IMG/VR virus record: IMGVR_UViG_2687453341_000003 | Span: 1 to 64,000 of that record | From: a virus | Taxonomy: Duplodnaviria; Caudoviricetes | Length of the DNA: 64,000 nt | Direction: 5' to 3' (one strand) | In this document: one piece after another, positions 36,292-45,264 of the stretch | How the letters are laid out: the number at the start of each line of letters is the position of its first letter | Numbering within the stretch: the first letter of the stretch is position 1 | Program-made: the position numbers and the translations under genes | The notes under the pieces: model-generated | What the model was told of the DNA's origin: nothing | What the model saw: the letters and a program-made list of their open reading frames with translations, nothing else | Database searches by the model: none

Positions 36292-38559
36292 TCAAACCCG
36301 TCGTCGCCCCTGCATTTCCTTGAAACTCAGTCGATTTCGCTTCTCGGGAACATCTCGATCGGTACCAAAGAGCACAACGCCTTGCATGGATGCCGCAACG
36401 GCAGTGCCTACCAAACAGTCGAACCAGTGGTTGTCGGGCTGCTCGGGTCGCTGCTTCCATTCGTCAACTGATCGGCCACGCCCTTCCGTTTTGATGAAAT
36501 ATTCGGACGTGAGATGCTCGGAGAGCATACGGTGGGTTTCGGCGTTGCTACCAAAAAGCGATAAGCAGCCGCGATCGCCCATGGAGACTCGCATTCGAGC
36601 GTTGATGAATGATTTCCACCAGTTGGTGTCATAGAGCACGTGTCGGATGGCGCGCTTGCCATTTACGTTGGGCACGCGCCAGTTGAGACCGACCCGGTCT
36701 CCGGGCCGACGTCGATACTCGCTGAACGGTTGACTTGAAGCACCTACGAATCTCCCGTGGCTCGGCATGATCACGGCGGCATGTTTGGATTGCCGGCAGA
36801 ACTGATAGACCACATCAGTCGATTGGCCCCAGTTGGCGTCGATCAAGCAGCGACCGATTCGCATTGCAGCCCCATCGTCTCGTTGCCACTCGCGATCGAG
36901 TAGATTGGATGTCAGCGATTCAAGGCCGGCGTAGATCGATCCCTCGAGCCCAGTTCCCATTGCCTCGGAACTCAACGTTTGCCGAGCTTCCCGTAATGTG
37001 AAGTACGGACGCTGCTGATCGGGATAGCAACCGTAGTCAATGATATAGCCTGTGAAATCATCCTCCCAGGCAGCGACTACATAGAAGAGCAATTTCTGCT
37101 GGACGTCGATGAATGCGGTGAGGTGGTTTGCTCCGATGGAAACCAAGCCGCGATCCAAGCGGTTGATCTTGCTTGCAACCTCTGCGGGTTTGAGCATCCC
37201 ATCGCTAACCGTCTCGGCTGGCAGCGGTTGGTTCTGGTATTCAGCGAAGAACGCAGCTTCATCCTGAAGCTTGAGGTTCATAGCATGCTGGATTGCCGAA
37301 AGTTCATCGTAGTTAAATCGCTCCTGCCAAGCGACAACAGCGCCGTCATCCATAGCCGCTTGGTTCTGACGATAGAATTCGGTGGCTGCTTCACCACCAT
37401 CACCACCTCGCATCCCTTCCGCGCGGATCTCGGCATAGCGTTCCCAAAGTGTTTCGTTCTTTGGGAAGGAGTAAACCATCTTGGTTCGTTCGCCATTCCA
37501 TTCGGGATGTCGATTGCGATCGAGGATATTGTCGGCCATATCACCAGGGCGAATCACCGTGCAGGGCATGATGCCTGAGATCTTCTTCCCCGGGCCAGCC
37601 AAACCGAGCACTGCACCGGCAAGAATGCTTTCGCGATTTGCACATTGCGAAAGCGAACGCGCACTCTCATCGGTTTGCGGGTCATCGAGCACCACGAGGC
37701 TTGGACGGACCGTTCGACCATCGGGGCGCTTGAACTTCATTCCACGGATACGACCGGTTAGGCCAGCGACCTTGATAATCGCTCCGCTGGCACTGCTACC
37801 TTCGATGGTTGGCAGCACAACCTCTTTGGCGGTCCATCCGATCTGCGTGCGTTTGCCTTTATAGAGCTGACCATTCGCGCGATTTGAGATTCCATCGAGG
37901 GCTTGGATGGGAAAACAAACCTCGGGGAAGTCGGCTAAAAGCAGCTCGTTGCTGTCGAGTTCGGTTTTGATCGAATCGAGCATGTCGCAGGCGTGGCCTT
38001 CGTCGCTACCGATCAGACAGACGAAGTTCCGATGTCCGTAGAGCACTGCCCAGATGCAAGCGACTTCTGCGATCGACGATTTTCCACTGCCACGTGCCAT
38101 CGCCAAGGCAAACAATCCCCCATGGACAACAGCTTGCTCAATTTTGTTGATGACCTTGATATGGTCCGGAGACCATGCGAGATGAAACGTGAGCGGAAAG
38201 TAGGTCTCGCAAAAGTATCGGAAGTCTCGCGATGCGCGATCTTTCCGATCGGGATTGTCTACCACCGGAAGTTCACCGATATCTCGGCCGGCTAGCGCGA
38301 GCGCTGCGTTGCGTGCTCGAGCTCGCTCCTTCATCGCTTCGTACGAATCGACCCCTGAGTTTTGTTTGGGAGTATGGCGTACGACGTGCATCCAGGCGCA
38401 GTAGCGAAGGAGGTCGACCGTCTTGTTGTCACCGATACGGGCGCCGGCGCGTTGCCGATGACGATACAACTGCCGCTCGCTGATCACCTCGCCTAGCGGC
38501 GTTGAGTTGAGCAGCCGGCATAGCTCACTTGGCTTTAGTTTTCGAGGATCACTCGCCAC
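36292..38559 (-). CDS. Terminase large subunit (copy 2)
   Basis: Same motifs as 21531-23801, with many synonymous differences. Confidence 0.92.
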   Translation of the reverse strand: MASDPRKLKPSELCRLLNSTPLGEVISERQLYRHRQRAGARIGDNKTVDLLRYCAWMHVVRHTPKQNSGVDSYEAMKERARARNAALALAGRDIGELPVVDNPDRKDRASRDFRYFCETYFPLTFHLAWSPDHIKVINKIEQAVVHGGLFALAMARGSGKSSIAEVACIWAVLYGHRNFVCLIGSDEGHACDMLDSIKTELDSNELLLADFPEVCFPIQALDGISNRANGQLYKGKRTQIGWTAKEVVLPTIEGSSASGAIIKVAGLTGRIRGMKFKRPDGRTVRPSLVVLDDPQTDESARSLSQCANRESILAGAVLGLAGPGKKISGIMPCTVIRPGDMADNILDRNRHPEWNGERTKMVYSFPKNETLWERYAEIRAEGMRGGDGGEAATEFYRQNQAAMDDGAVVAWQERFNYDELSAIQHAMNLKLQDEAAFFAEYQNQPLPAETVSDGMLKPAEVASKINRLDRGLVSIGANHLTAFIDVQQKLLFYVVAAWEDDFTGYIIDYGCYPDQQRPYFTLREARQTLSSEAMGTGLEGSIYAGLESLTSNLLDREWQRDDGAAMRIGRCLIDANWGQSTDVVYQFCRQSKHAAVIMPSHGRFVGASSQPFSEYRRRPGDRVGLNWRVPNVNGKRAIRHVLYDTNWWKSFINARMRVSMGDRGCLSLFGSNAETHRMLSEHLTSEYFIKTEGRGRSVDEWKQRPEQPDNHWFDCLVGTAVAASMQGVVLFGTDRDVPEKRNRLSFKEMQGRRRV

Positions 38560-38755
38560 GGCCCATCTCCTTTGCTTGCCAAGCGCTATAGTTCACGAGG
38601 TTGATCGTGCCATCGGCGTTCGCGGGCGCACCTTCATGGAGATCGCTTCGGATCTTCTCGGCATCGATCCGTTCTCGGTAGGCAGCGGACAGAAGTTTCG
38701 CGGCTTGTTCGATCGAGAGTCTCGTCGGATCGACCGGCTGTTTGTCTTCACTCAT
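38549..38755 (-). CDS. Small pre-terminase protein (copy 2)
   Basis: Homolog of 23791-23997. Confidence 0.75.
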   Translation of the reverse strand: MSEDKQPVDPTRLSIEQAAKLLSAAYRERIDAEKIRSDLHEGAPANADGTINLVNYSAWQAKEMGRGE

Positions 38756-38934
38756 CGCATTCCTCCGTGACTTGGTAGTTCAAAACGTGGGGCCACTGTT
38801 TGCGCCGTGTCGCGTTTCCCCATCCACTTCGCCTGGTTATGCGAAGCATGTTTGAACGCGACGGTGGCGTAATGTTGGGGCACCGGTGGCTTCTCGAAGA
38901 ACATGCGAAATTGCTGGAAAAACATGATGCAATT

Positions 38935-38972
38935 CGCTGGATGATTCCTCTCCCGCAAGGCTTCATGTGTGT
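38935..38972 (+). promoter_or_regulatory. Variant cassette leader repeat with a 1-nt insertion
   Basis: CGCTGG-N14-GCAAGGCTTCATGTGTGT. Confidence 0.65.
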
Positions 38973-39030
38973 TGTCGCGACGCGAAGAACGCGACGAAAC
39001 ACAAACCTTGCACCCCAGAGGAACATCACC

Positions 39031-39888
39031 ATGAACGCAAACGAAATTTTCTTTGGTCTGGAATTTGAGACGACGCTTCCGAACAGTGACACCACACCAA
39101 TCGGCCCCTACCACAACGGATACCAAGTCCCTTGGTTGCCAAACGGATGGAAAGCGGAACGCGATGGTAGCATCCGCCCTGAGAGCCCATGCCGCAAAGG
39201 ATGCGAGTTCGTAAGCCCCAAGCTGAAAGGTTACGATGGCCTCAAGGAAATCGAGGAAGCGATCGACCAAATCAACGCTCGTGGGGGACGAGTCAATTCG
39301 AGCTGTGGTCTCCATCTTTCGATAGATTGGCGTGGCGACGCAGCGGCACTCGCACGACTGATCTCCCTGGTTGGCAACCACGAGAAAGCGATTTTCGCGA
39401 GTACTGGGACTCGCCGCCGCGAACAAACGATCTACACCAAGCAGATCAAGCAATACGGCGACAAAGACGCTGCGAAGAATCGATGTGAAGCGGATCGCTA
39501 CCACCTGCTGAACCTTACCCACCTCGCTGCCGGTAGAAACCGTATCGAATTTCGGGCTTTCGCAGGAACTCTCAACAAGACCAAGGTGGTCGGATACCTG
39601 ATGATGGTTTTGGGATTGGTAGAGCTGGCCCTGAACACCAAACGCTGCAGCGATTGGGACTACATCAAGAAGGAAGGAACCAAAAGCTGCTGGGATAGAC
39701 CAGGCGCCGGCCTTGGGGAAACGGAGATCAACCGATTGTTCTACCGCCTCGGTTGGACCAAGGGTTGGTACAAGGGCGCTCTTCGCGACAAGGTTTACGG
39801 GGAGATCACAGGGGAAACCAAACCGGATTGGAAGGCGATCAAGACCAAGCTGATCGAGCTTGCCCGCAAGTACGACCGCGCGGCCTAG
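39031..39888 (+). CDS. Putative amidoligase (copy 2)
   Basis: FGLEFE, CEFVSP, NSSCGLH and IEFR motifs. Confidence 0.85.
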   Translation: MNANEIFFGLEFETTLPNSDTTPIGPYHNGYQVPWLPNGWKAERDGSIRPESPCRKGCEFVSPKLKGYDGLKEIEEAIDQINARGGRVNSSCGLHLSIDWRGDAAALARLISLVGNHEKAIFASTGTRRREQTIYTKQIKQYGDKDAAKNRCEADRYHLLNLTHLAAGRNRIEFRAFAGTLNKTKVVGYLMMVLGLVELALNTKRCSDWDYIKKEGTKSCWDRPGAGLGETEINRLFYRLGWTKGWYKGALRDKVYGEITGETKPDWKAIKTKLIELARKYDRAA

Positions 39889-39902
39889 GACTAATCCAGA
39901 CG

Positions 39903-39931
39903 AAACGCCGGGAAAACAATCCCGGCGTTTT
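39903..39931 (+). terminator. Hairpin terminator, potentially bidirectional
   Basis: AAACGCCGGGA-loop-TCCCGGCGTTTT. Confidence 0.6.
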
Positions 39932-39954
39932 GACGTTTTCTGGCCCACCATTTC

Positions 39955-39984
39955 GCCAGTATGGCGTCGGCTTGAGTAGTTCAA
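39955..39984 (+). promoter_or_regulatory. Bipartite motif GCCAGTA-N11-TGAGTAGTTCAA
   Basis: Same spacing as the three other copies. Confidence 0.65.
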
Positions 39985-40087
39985 AGATAGTGGGCAATCG
40001 TCTTCGGCGTCGTCGCATATCGCGTTTTGTGCGACATGTCGCAGATCAGAGAAACCTGTGAGATTTGCCATTAATCCTCGCATGTTC

Positions 40088-40124
40088 GGCTTGAGGTTAT
40101 CTAAACCGCATGGCTCCATGGTGT
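40088..40124 (+). promoter_or_regulatory. Cassette leader repeat (cassette 2)
   Basis: GGCTTGAGGTTATCTAAACCGCATGGCTCCATGGTGT. Confidence 0.75.
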
Positions 40125-40170
40125 CATCGCGTAAGCGATTCGAAACCGAGTTCCCAACGGAGACACAAAC

Positions 40171-40428
40171 ATGACCAACGCAAGCAACCCACACGCAGCG
40201 ACCGACGCGACCCTTCGCCAAATCTTCAAGGCGATGGACGCCCACCAAGCCCAAGAGATCCGCGAAGCCTACTACAAGGCGATCGAGGGACTGATGACCT
40301 TGGCTGAAACCCTCGAAGTCGCCGACGCACAACAAACCCCCAGCGCCGGCCCGCTTCTCACCGAACACTTCCACGCGGTCCAAGCGTTGGACGCCATGAA
40401 GAACAGCCGCCTCGGCAAGATCCTCTAA
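40171..40428 (+). CDS. Small hypothetical protein (homolog of 25990-26247)
   Basis: Near-identical protein. Confidence 0.85.
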   Translation: MTNASNPHAATDATLRQIFKAMDAHQAQEIREAYYKAIEGLMTLAETLEVADAQQTPSAGPLLTEHFHAVQALDAMKNSRLGKIL

Positions 40429-40458
40429 ACCCAAGAACATAACGAAGGAGAAATCAAC

Positions 40459-40716
40459 ATGAAGCTCGACACCTTGATCGAAATCCTGAACGACTACCGC
40501 GAAGAGTTCGGAGGCGACGCGGAAGTGCGATTGATGACCCAGCAAAATTGGCCCTTTGAGAACCGTATCTGCGGTGTAACGAGCGGGCGCGACATGAACG
40601 AATCGGATGAGGACGATGACCAAGATGTCGCTGACGACCAAACGGTCTACATCGTCGAAGGGGGGCAAATCTGCTACGGCAGCAAGAGGGCTTGGGAAAA
40701 CTACAAGGATAGCTGA
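40459..40716 (+). CDS. Small acidic protein (homolog of 26923-27195)
   Basis: AAGGAG RBS; near-identical protein. Confidence 0.85.
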   Translation: MKLDTLIEILNDYREEFGGDAEVRLMTQQNWPFENRICGVTSGRDMNESDEDDDQDVADDQTVYIVEGGQICYGSKRAWENYKDS

Positions 40717-40722
40717 ACGCAA

Positions 40723-40962
40723 ATGTATATCGGACAACTTCATTTGGTAACCGACCTCGAAGACGGAGATCGGGCCTATCCAGAGGCGAACGTCTCGTAC
40801 GAAATCGAATCGATTGACGACTCTTCGCTCAATACGACCGTCGCGTATGTCGAGCGACGAGGGAATCGGCTGATTGCAAGAGGATACAACGGACGGGATT
40901 ACGCCGTCTCGGGCGTCGATGGTTACGAACTTTACGCGGTTCGAAAGCCGCCACAGCGATGA
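40723..40962 (+). CDS. 79-aa hypothetical protein (distant homolog of 29161-29394)
   Basis: Shared motifs; directly follows the previous stop codon. Confidence 0.75.
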   Translation: MYIGQLHLVTDLEDGDRAYPEANVSYEIESIDDSSLNTTVAYVERRGNRLIARGYNGRDYAVSGVDGYELYAVRKPPQR

Positions 40963-41128
40963 TGATTGCCCGCTTCGCGACATCGCCCCACGTTTGCGAC
41001 GTGAGGGCGTTCTTTTCTCGATTGGCGTCATTTCCCCCAGATGCAATGCGATGCGACTGTGGCCAAACGGTTGCGACTGTGGGGCTCGGAAACATTCTTC
41101 AAAAAAGCATCGAACTACTTTTTGAATT

Positions 41129-41165
41129 GCCTTGCTGTTTATCAAAGTGCATGGCTCATGTGTGT
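41129..41165 (+). promoter_or_regulatory. Cassette leader repeat (cassette 2)
   Basis: GCCTTG-N14-GCATGGCTCATGTGTGT. Confidence 0.8.
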
Positions 41166-41208
41166 ATACGCCCCAACGAATTGATAACCCAAACGAAGAG
41201 ATGCATAG

Positions 41209-41523
41209 ATGACTCAACACGACCTCGACCTGACGATTACCAAGATCAGCCACCGAACCCCTGGAGCAGGAGGTTCTTGGGTCCAAGGGAAGATCAACAA
41301 CGAATACCGATTCGATGCCCTGGTCTTCTCGGAACACGCGGAATGCGAATCGTACGAATTGGGAAGGAGCAAGATTTCGAAGCTTTGGATCCAACGCCTT
41401 TCCGATCGCGCGGTGATGTTCAACTTCGACCGCGGGTTGGATGTCGCTGCGGTCAACACCGAGGTTCAGGTGGTGGTTGATTTTCTTTGCGAAGGACTCT
41501 CCGACTTGGTCTTTGGTTCCTAA
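41209..41523 (+). CDS. DUF7678-like protein (copy 2)
   Basis: Homolog of 28171-28485. Confidence 0.8.
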   Translation: MTQHDLDLTITKISHRTPGAGGSWVQGKINNEYRFDALVFSEHAECESYELGRSKISKLWIQRLSDRAVMFNFDRGLDVAAVNTEVQVVVDFLCEGLSDLVFGS

Positions 41524-41592
41524 GCCGAAACGCGGAAGCGATCCGCGTCGCCGATCGGTGGTTCGATCGGCCTGAAGACGGCAGCCAACCAC
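41524..41592 (+). ncRNA. Type II hammerhead ribozyme with pseudoknot (copy 2)
   Basis: GCC-GAAA, perfect stem III ACGCGGA/UCCGCGU, GUC triplet (41547-41549), perfect stem I GCCGAUCG/CGAUCGGC, CUGAAGA, C-GGC, and GUGGUU:AACCAC pairing. Confidence 0.92.
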
Positions 41593-41616
41593 GAACATGA
41601 ACAAGAGGTGATCAAG

Positions 41617-42201
41617 ATGAAGAAGGCAGACGTAAAGATCGGCGGCAAGTATTACGCGAATGTTTCCGGCAACCGTTGTGAAATCCGAATTGATGCTGAG
41701 AAACCGCGTGGCGGATGGGATGCCACGAATCTGGCCACAGGCAAGAAGATTCTTATCAAAAGCGCACAGCGTCTTCATGGGGAGGTGACGACGCGAGCCG
41801 GCCAAGCCAAGGTGACCACCGAGGGAAATGTCACCGTGGTCGAGAATGAGCCGGCAACTGTCGAATCGTTCGGGGAGTCCGCGACCAAGGTGGCCGTTCT
41901 TAAGAAGCCTCGTAAAACCAAACCTGCTGCAAACGAATCGGCGGCGGCCGAAACAGCGGCGACTGGGAAAAAACGAATGAGCTGCATCGAAGCGGCATTG
42001 AAGGTCCTCTCCGAATCCACAGAACCCATGAACACGCAACAGATGATTGCTGCCATGGAAGCGAAGGGGTACTGGTCGAGCCCGGGTGGAAAAACTCCCC
42101 ACGCGACCCTCTACAGCGTGATCCTTCGCGACTTGGCCAAAGGCGATTCGAGCCGGTTTGTAAAAGCCGAGCGCGGACGCTTTACAGTCTCCACCAAATA
42201 A
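41617..42201 (+). CDS. HARE-HTH winged-helix protein (copy 2)
   Basis: GKTPHATLYSVILR motif; homolog of 28579-29148. Confidence 0.8.
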   Translation: MKKADVKIGGKYYANVSGNRCEIRIDAEKPRGGWDATNLATGKKILIKSAQRLHGEVTTRAGQAKVTTEGNVTVVENEPATVESFGESATKVAVLKKPRKTKPAANESAAAETAATGKKRMSCIEAALKVLSESTEPMNTQQMIAAMEAKGYWSSPGGKTPHATLYSVILRDLAKGDSSRFVKAERGRFTVSTK

Positions 42202-42219
42202 GCCGAAGGCGATGCAATC

Positions 42220-42771
42220 ATGCGAATTCGATTGAAGAGTGGCGACCGCATACGGTTGGTCTCGATGCCTGATGATCCCGATCCAATCCCGGTCGGGATG
42301 CTTGGAACCGTCACCGAGGTTCATGAGCATCGAGACTGGATGCAGGTTGAGGTGGATTGGGACAACGGCCGCTCCCTGATGCTGACCCTTCCCGATGACT
42401 GTATTGAGATCATCGATTCCCAGAACTCCGAATCCTGTAGGGACCACACCATGTCGACGCGAGCAACGATTGCCCATTCCGATAGCGATGGGAGCTACCA
42501 CGCTACCTACCTGCATTTCGATGGATATCCGGAACATGCAGGGGTGATTCTCAACCAATGGTACAACTCCATCGAGAAGGCCTCGGCGTTGATCGCCGGA
42601 GGAGAACTGCGAAGTTTGAACTCGAGCGATGGGGCACCCGAGTATTTCTCTCGGGCACAACCCCCAAAGCATCTCTGCGACCGGATGTCGCTCATGACGT
42701 TTGCACGCGGCTGCGATGCGAACTACCTTTACGTCTTCGAAGACGGGCATTGGCACTGCCACAAGCTTTAG
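42220..42771 (+). CDS. In-frame fusion of DUF4314 and the MSTR..H.DGY protein
   Basis: Both domains are separate genes in cassette 1; the internal ATG at 42451 is retained. Confidence 0.8.
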   Translation: MRIRLKSGDRIRLVSMPDDPDPIPVGMLGTVTEVHEHRDWMQVEVDWDNGRSLMLTLPDDCIEIIDSQNSESCRDHTMSTRATIAHSDSDGSYHATYLHFDGYPEHAGVILNQWYNSIEKASALIAGGELRSLNSSDGAPEYFSRAQPPKHLCDRMSLMTFARGCDANYLYVFEDGHWHCHKL

Positions 42772-42774
42772 CTC

Positions 42775-44166
42775 TTACTTGGCGTCCGCAGCACGCATCG
42801 GAATCGGAGACTCGCCGGTCCGCTCCAAGATCGCCGGCTTGCCAGTGAATCGCTGGTAGCGATCAACGATGACGTCGGCGTAGAGGCAATCGAGTTCCAT
42901 CAAAAAGGCATTGCGACCGCATTGCTCGGCGCCGATCAAGGTCGAGCCGCTACCACCGAAGAGATCAAGCACATTCTCGCCAGGGAGCGACGAATACTGC
43001 ATGGCTCGTATCGCAAGCTCCACAGGCTTTTCGGTGAGGTGGATCATTGATTGCGGATTGACCTTCTTTACTTGCCACAGATCGGTTGCATTGTTGGGCC
43101 CGTAGTACTTATGCCCCGCCCCTTCCTTCCATCCGTAGAACGCCCATTCATGCGCGCCCATGAAGTCTTTGCGTGTCAAAACAGGATGCTGCTTGTCCCA
43201 AATGATCGATTGGGAGAAATACAAACCATGCTTAGCAAGGAACGGAGGGTAGTTGCCACAGTTGGCGTAGCCTCCCCAGATGTAGAAGCACCGGCCAGGC
43301 AACAGAACGCGTGCGATATTCCCAAACCACGCATCGAGCAATCGATCGAACTCGTTGTCGCTAACAAAGTCGTTCGCGAGGGGGCGATCCTTAGGCCGGA
43401 GCTTCTTATGCGTTGCAGCGTGCTTTGGTTTCCCCGTCTCATGATCGACACCAAAGGAAGCAGCGTTCCCTTGCCCTTGCTTAAGTTTCCCCGACGCAGC
43501 GTCGTTGGTGAACGAGGATAGGCCGGCCGCGATCGCGTTGTTCGATCGTGGTTCCACTTTGACATTGTACGGAGGGTCAGTGTTGCAAAGATGAATCGCA
43601 TTGCCGGCCAATAAGCGATCTAGATCCGCAGGACTCGAAGAATCCCCACAGAGCAAACGATGATTTCCGAGGATCCAAAGATCCCCTGGCTTAGTGATCG
43701 CAGCATCTGGAGGTTCCGGGATTTCGTCCGGGTCGGTCAAGCCTTCGTTGACTCCGGTATCCATCAGCTTCGCAAGTTCCTCCGCGTTAAACCCAAGCAG
43801 CCCGAGGTCGTAGTTTGCTTCCTGCAATGCCGACAATTCGATCGGCAACAGATCGTAATTCCATTCCGCGATCTCAGCGGTCTTGTTATCTGCGATGCGG
43901 TAGGCTCGGACTTGCTCAGGCGACAGGTGCGCCGCTACAACAACGGGCACTCGCTCGAGTCCGAGCTTCTGCGCGGCTTTCAATCTTGTATGCCCGACGA
44001 TGATGACACTATCACTATCGACAACGATTGGCTGTGAGAAGCCATACTCCTTAATCGAAGCAGCGACGGCGTCAACGGCTTTATCGTTGTTGCGGGGGTT
44101 GTTTTCGTAGGGACGAACGCGATCGAGGGTCCACATTTCAATCTGCAATGCATTGATGGTTGACAT
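42775..44166 (-). CDS. ParB-like N-terminal domain fused to a DNA methyltransferase (N6A/N4C)
   Basis: PYENNPR.N, GF..PIVVD, GHTRLKAA and RIADNK, followed by DPPY and DLFGGSGST. Confidence 0.93.
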   Translation of the reverse strand: MSTINALQIEMWTLDRVRPYENNPRNNDKAVDAVAASIKEYGFSQPIVVDSDSVIIVGHTRLKAAQKLGLERVPVVVAAHLSPEQVRAYRIADNKTAEIAEWNYDLLPIELSALQEANYDLGLLGFNAEELAKLMDTGVNEGLTDPDEIPEPPDAAITKPGDLWILGNHRLLCGDSSSPADLDRLLAGNAIHLCNTDPPYNVKVEPRSNNAIAAGLSSFTNDAASGKLKQGQGNAASFGVDHETGKPKHAATHKKLRPKDRPLANDFVSDNEFDRLLDAWFGNIARVLLPGRCFYIWGGYANCGNYPPFLAKHGLYFSQSIIWDKQHPVLTRKDFMGAHEWAFYGWKEGAGHKYYGPNNATDLWQVKKVNPQSMIHLTEKPVELAIRAMQYSSLPGENVLDLFGGSGSTLIGAEQCGRNAFLMELDCLYADVIVDRYQRFTGKPAILERTGESPIPMRAADAK

Positions 44167-44224
44167 ACTGGTATCCTTCCGTGATGGACTCGTGTTGGAA
44201 ATAGATCTCTAATCTTTGGTGGAA

Positions 44225-44455
44225 TTACTTGGCGTTGATGGGCTCGGGCTTCGCTTTCAACGCGTTGACGTTCACGTTTCTCGACGCCTTGCTTCGTACT
44301 TTTCGAAGCGCACGTTTCAACGCTTCATCCCAGGTTGTTGGCTGGGGCTCTGATGGCTTCGAATCCACCTCGCCCGCTTCGCGTTTTGCAATCGAGCGTC
44401 TGGCTGCTGCATTGAATCGCTTCAATTTCCGGCGCATAGATGTGCCGAAATCCAT
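44225..44455 (-). CDS. Small basic hypothetical protein
   Basis: AAGGAG RBS precedes MDFGTS. Confidence 0.55.
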   Translation of the reverse strand: MDFGTSMRRKLKRFNAAARRSIAKREAGEVDSKPSEPQPTTWDEALKRALRKVRSKASRNVNVNALKAKPEPINAK

Positions 44456-44742
44456 GAAAATCTCCTTGTAAAAATGGGGCGGAAGTCGCCCGGACCCAAA
44501 AAACAAACTCTGTCTAGTAAGGCTCCTGTTCCCGCGGCCCTAGAACGCGTTTTAGGGCGGGGTAGGACCCATTACTATTCGTTGCACCGAAGCTGCTGAG
44601 TGCCACTTTGGCAGACGCAACGTGGGGGCCACTGTTGGCCCACTGACGCGTTCTCCGGTTGGTTTGGCGTTCCATACGAATGCGGTGCTTCGGTTGCGAC
44701 GTGCGCTAACGTGTGCGATTCGTTGCGATTGCGCTTGGTTAC

Positions 44743-45213
44743 TCATGAGTAGTCTCGGATGATATTGCCTGCTGCCTTCCAGAGTTCGTTTGCATTCGTT
44801 GGCGTCCAGTTGCGAACGTTCTCGGCACCACCACCGGCGCCATGCCCCATTTCCCAATAGGTCACATCGGGATTGATTCCGAATGCGGCTGATGCGTCGG
44901 CAGGAATCGTTTCCTCATCGCCGTTTGGCTTGTTACTAGCGCCAAAGGAGAAGTCCATGCAGCGCCGGCCAGCAAACGCTGCAACTTCGTCAAAGGGTTG
45001 CACGTCGATCAAAAGCACATGGGTGTCAGGGCACTCGGAGTGCCCGCATGGAAACTCCACACGGAAGCTTGGCGTCCAACCAACGAGGTCAAACGGCTCA
45101 TAGTCCCACTTCCATTTCGCTTGATCGAAGAAGCACGCCCATTGCGCTTCCAAACGGGAACGGAACTGGACGCCGTTGTAGAAGGTGGACCGAGACTCAA
45201 ATGCGTGATTCAT
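44743..45213 (-). CDS. PD-(D/E)XK-like nuclease-fold protein
   Basis: T.YNGVQFRSRLEA.WA.FFD....W.YEP motif. The usual PD and ExK residues appear altered (PSF, IDVQ). Confidence 0.65.
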   Translation of the reverse strand: MNHAFESRSTFYNGVQFRSRLEAQWACFFDQAKWKWDYEPFDLVGWTPSFRVEFPCGHSECPDTHVLLIDVQPFDEVAAFAGRRCMDFSFGASNKPNGDEETIPADASAAFGINPDVTYWEMGHGAGGGAENVRNWTPTNANELWKAAGNIIRDYS

Positions 45214-45264
45214 ATCGCGGGTACCTTTCGATTTTGGGGTGACTGAGAAATGTGGTTTGAGGCA

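Larger units (their letters stand above)
38752..42762 (-). other. Giant antisense ORF (1336 codons) in register with all cassette-2 genes
   Basis: Begins in frame 12 nt after the methylase TAA and ends in an ATGA overlap with the pre-terminase gene. Confidence 0.75.

Noticed and set aside
19666-44166. Duplicate packaging block as a simple assembly repeat
   Set aside because: The copies differ at many synonymous sites and in gene content (HNH, TA pair, cassette genes), so they are distinct sequences. Only the junction itself needs read support.
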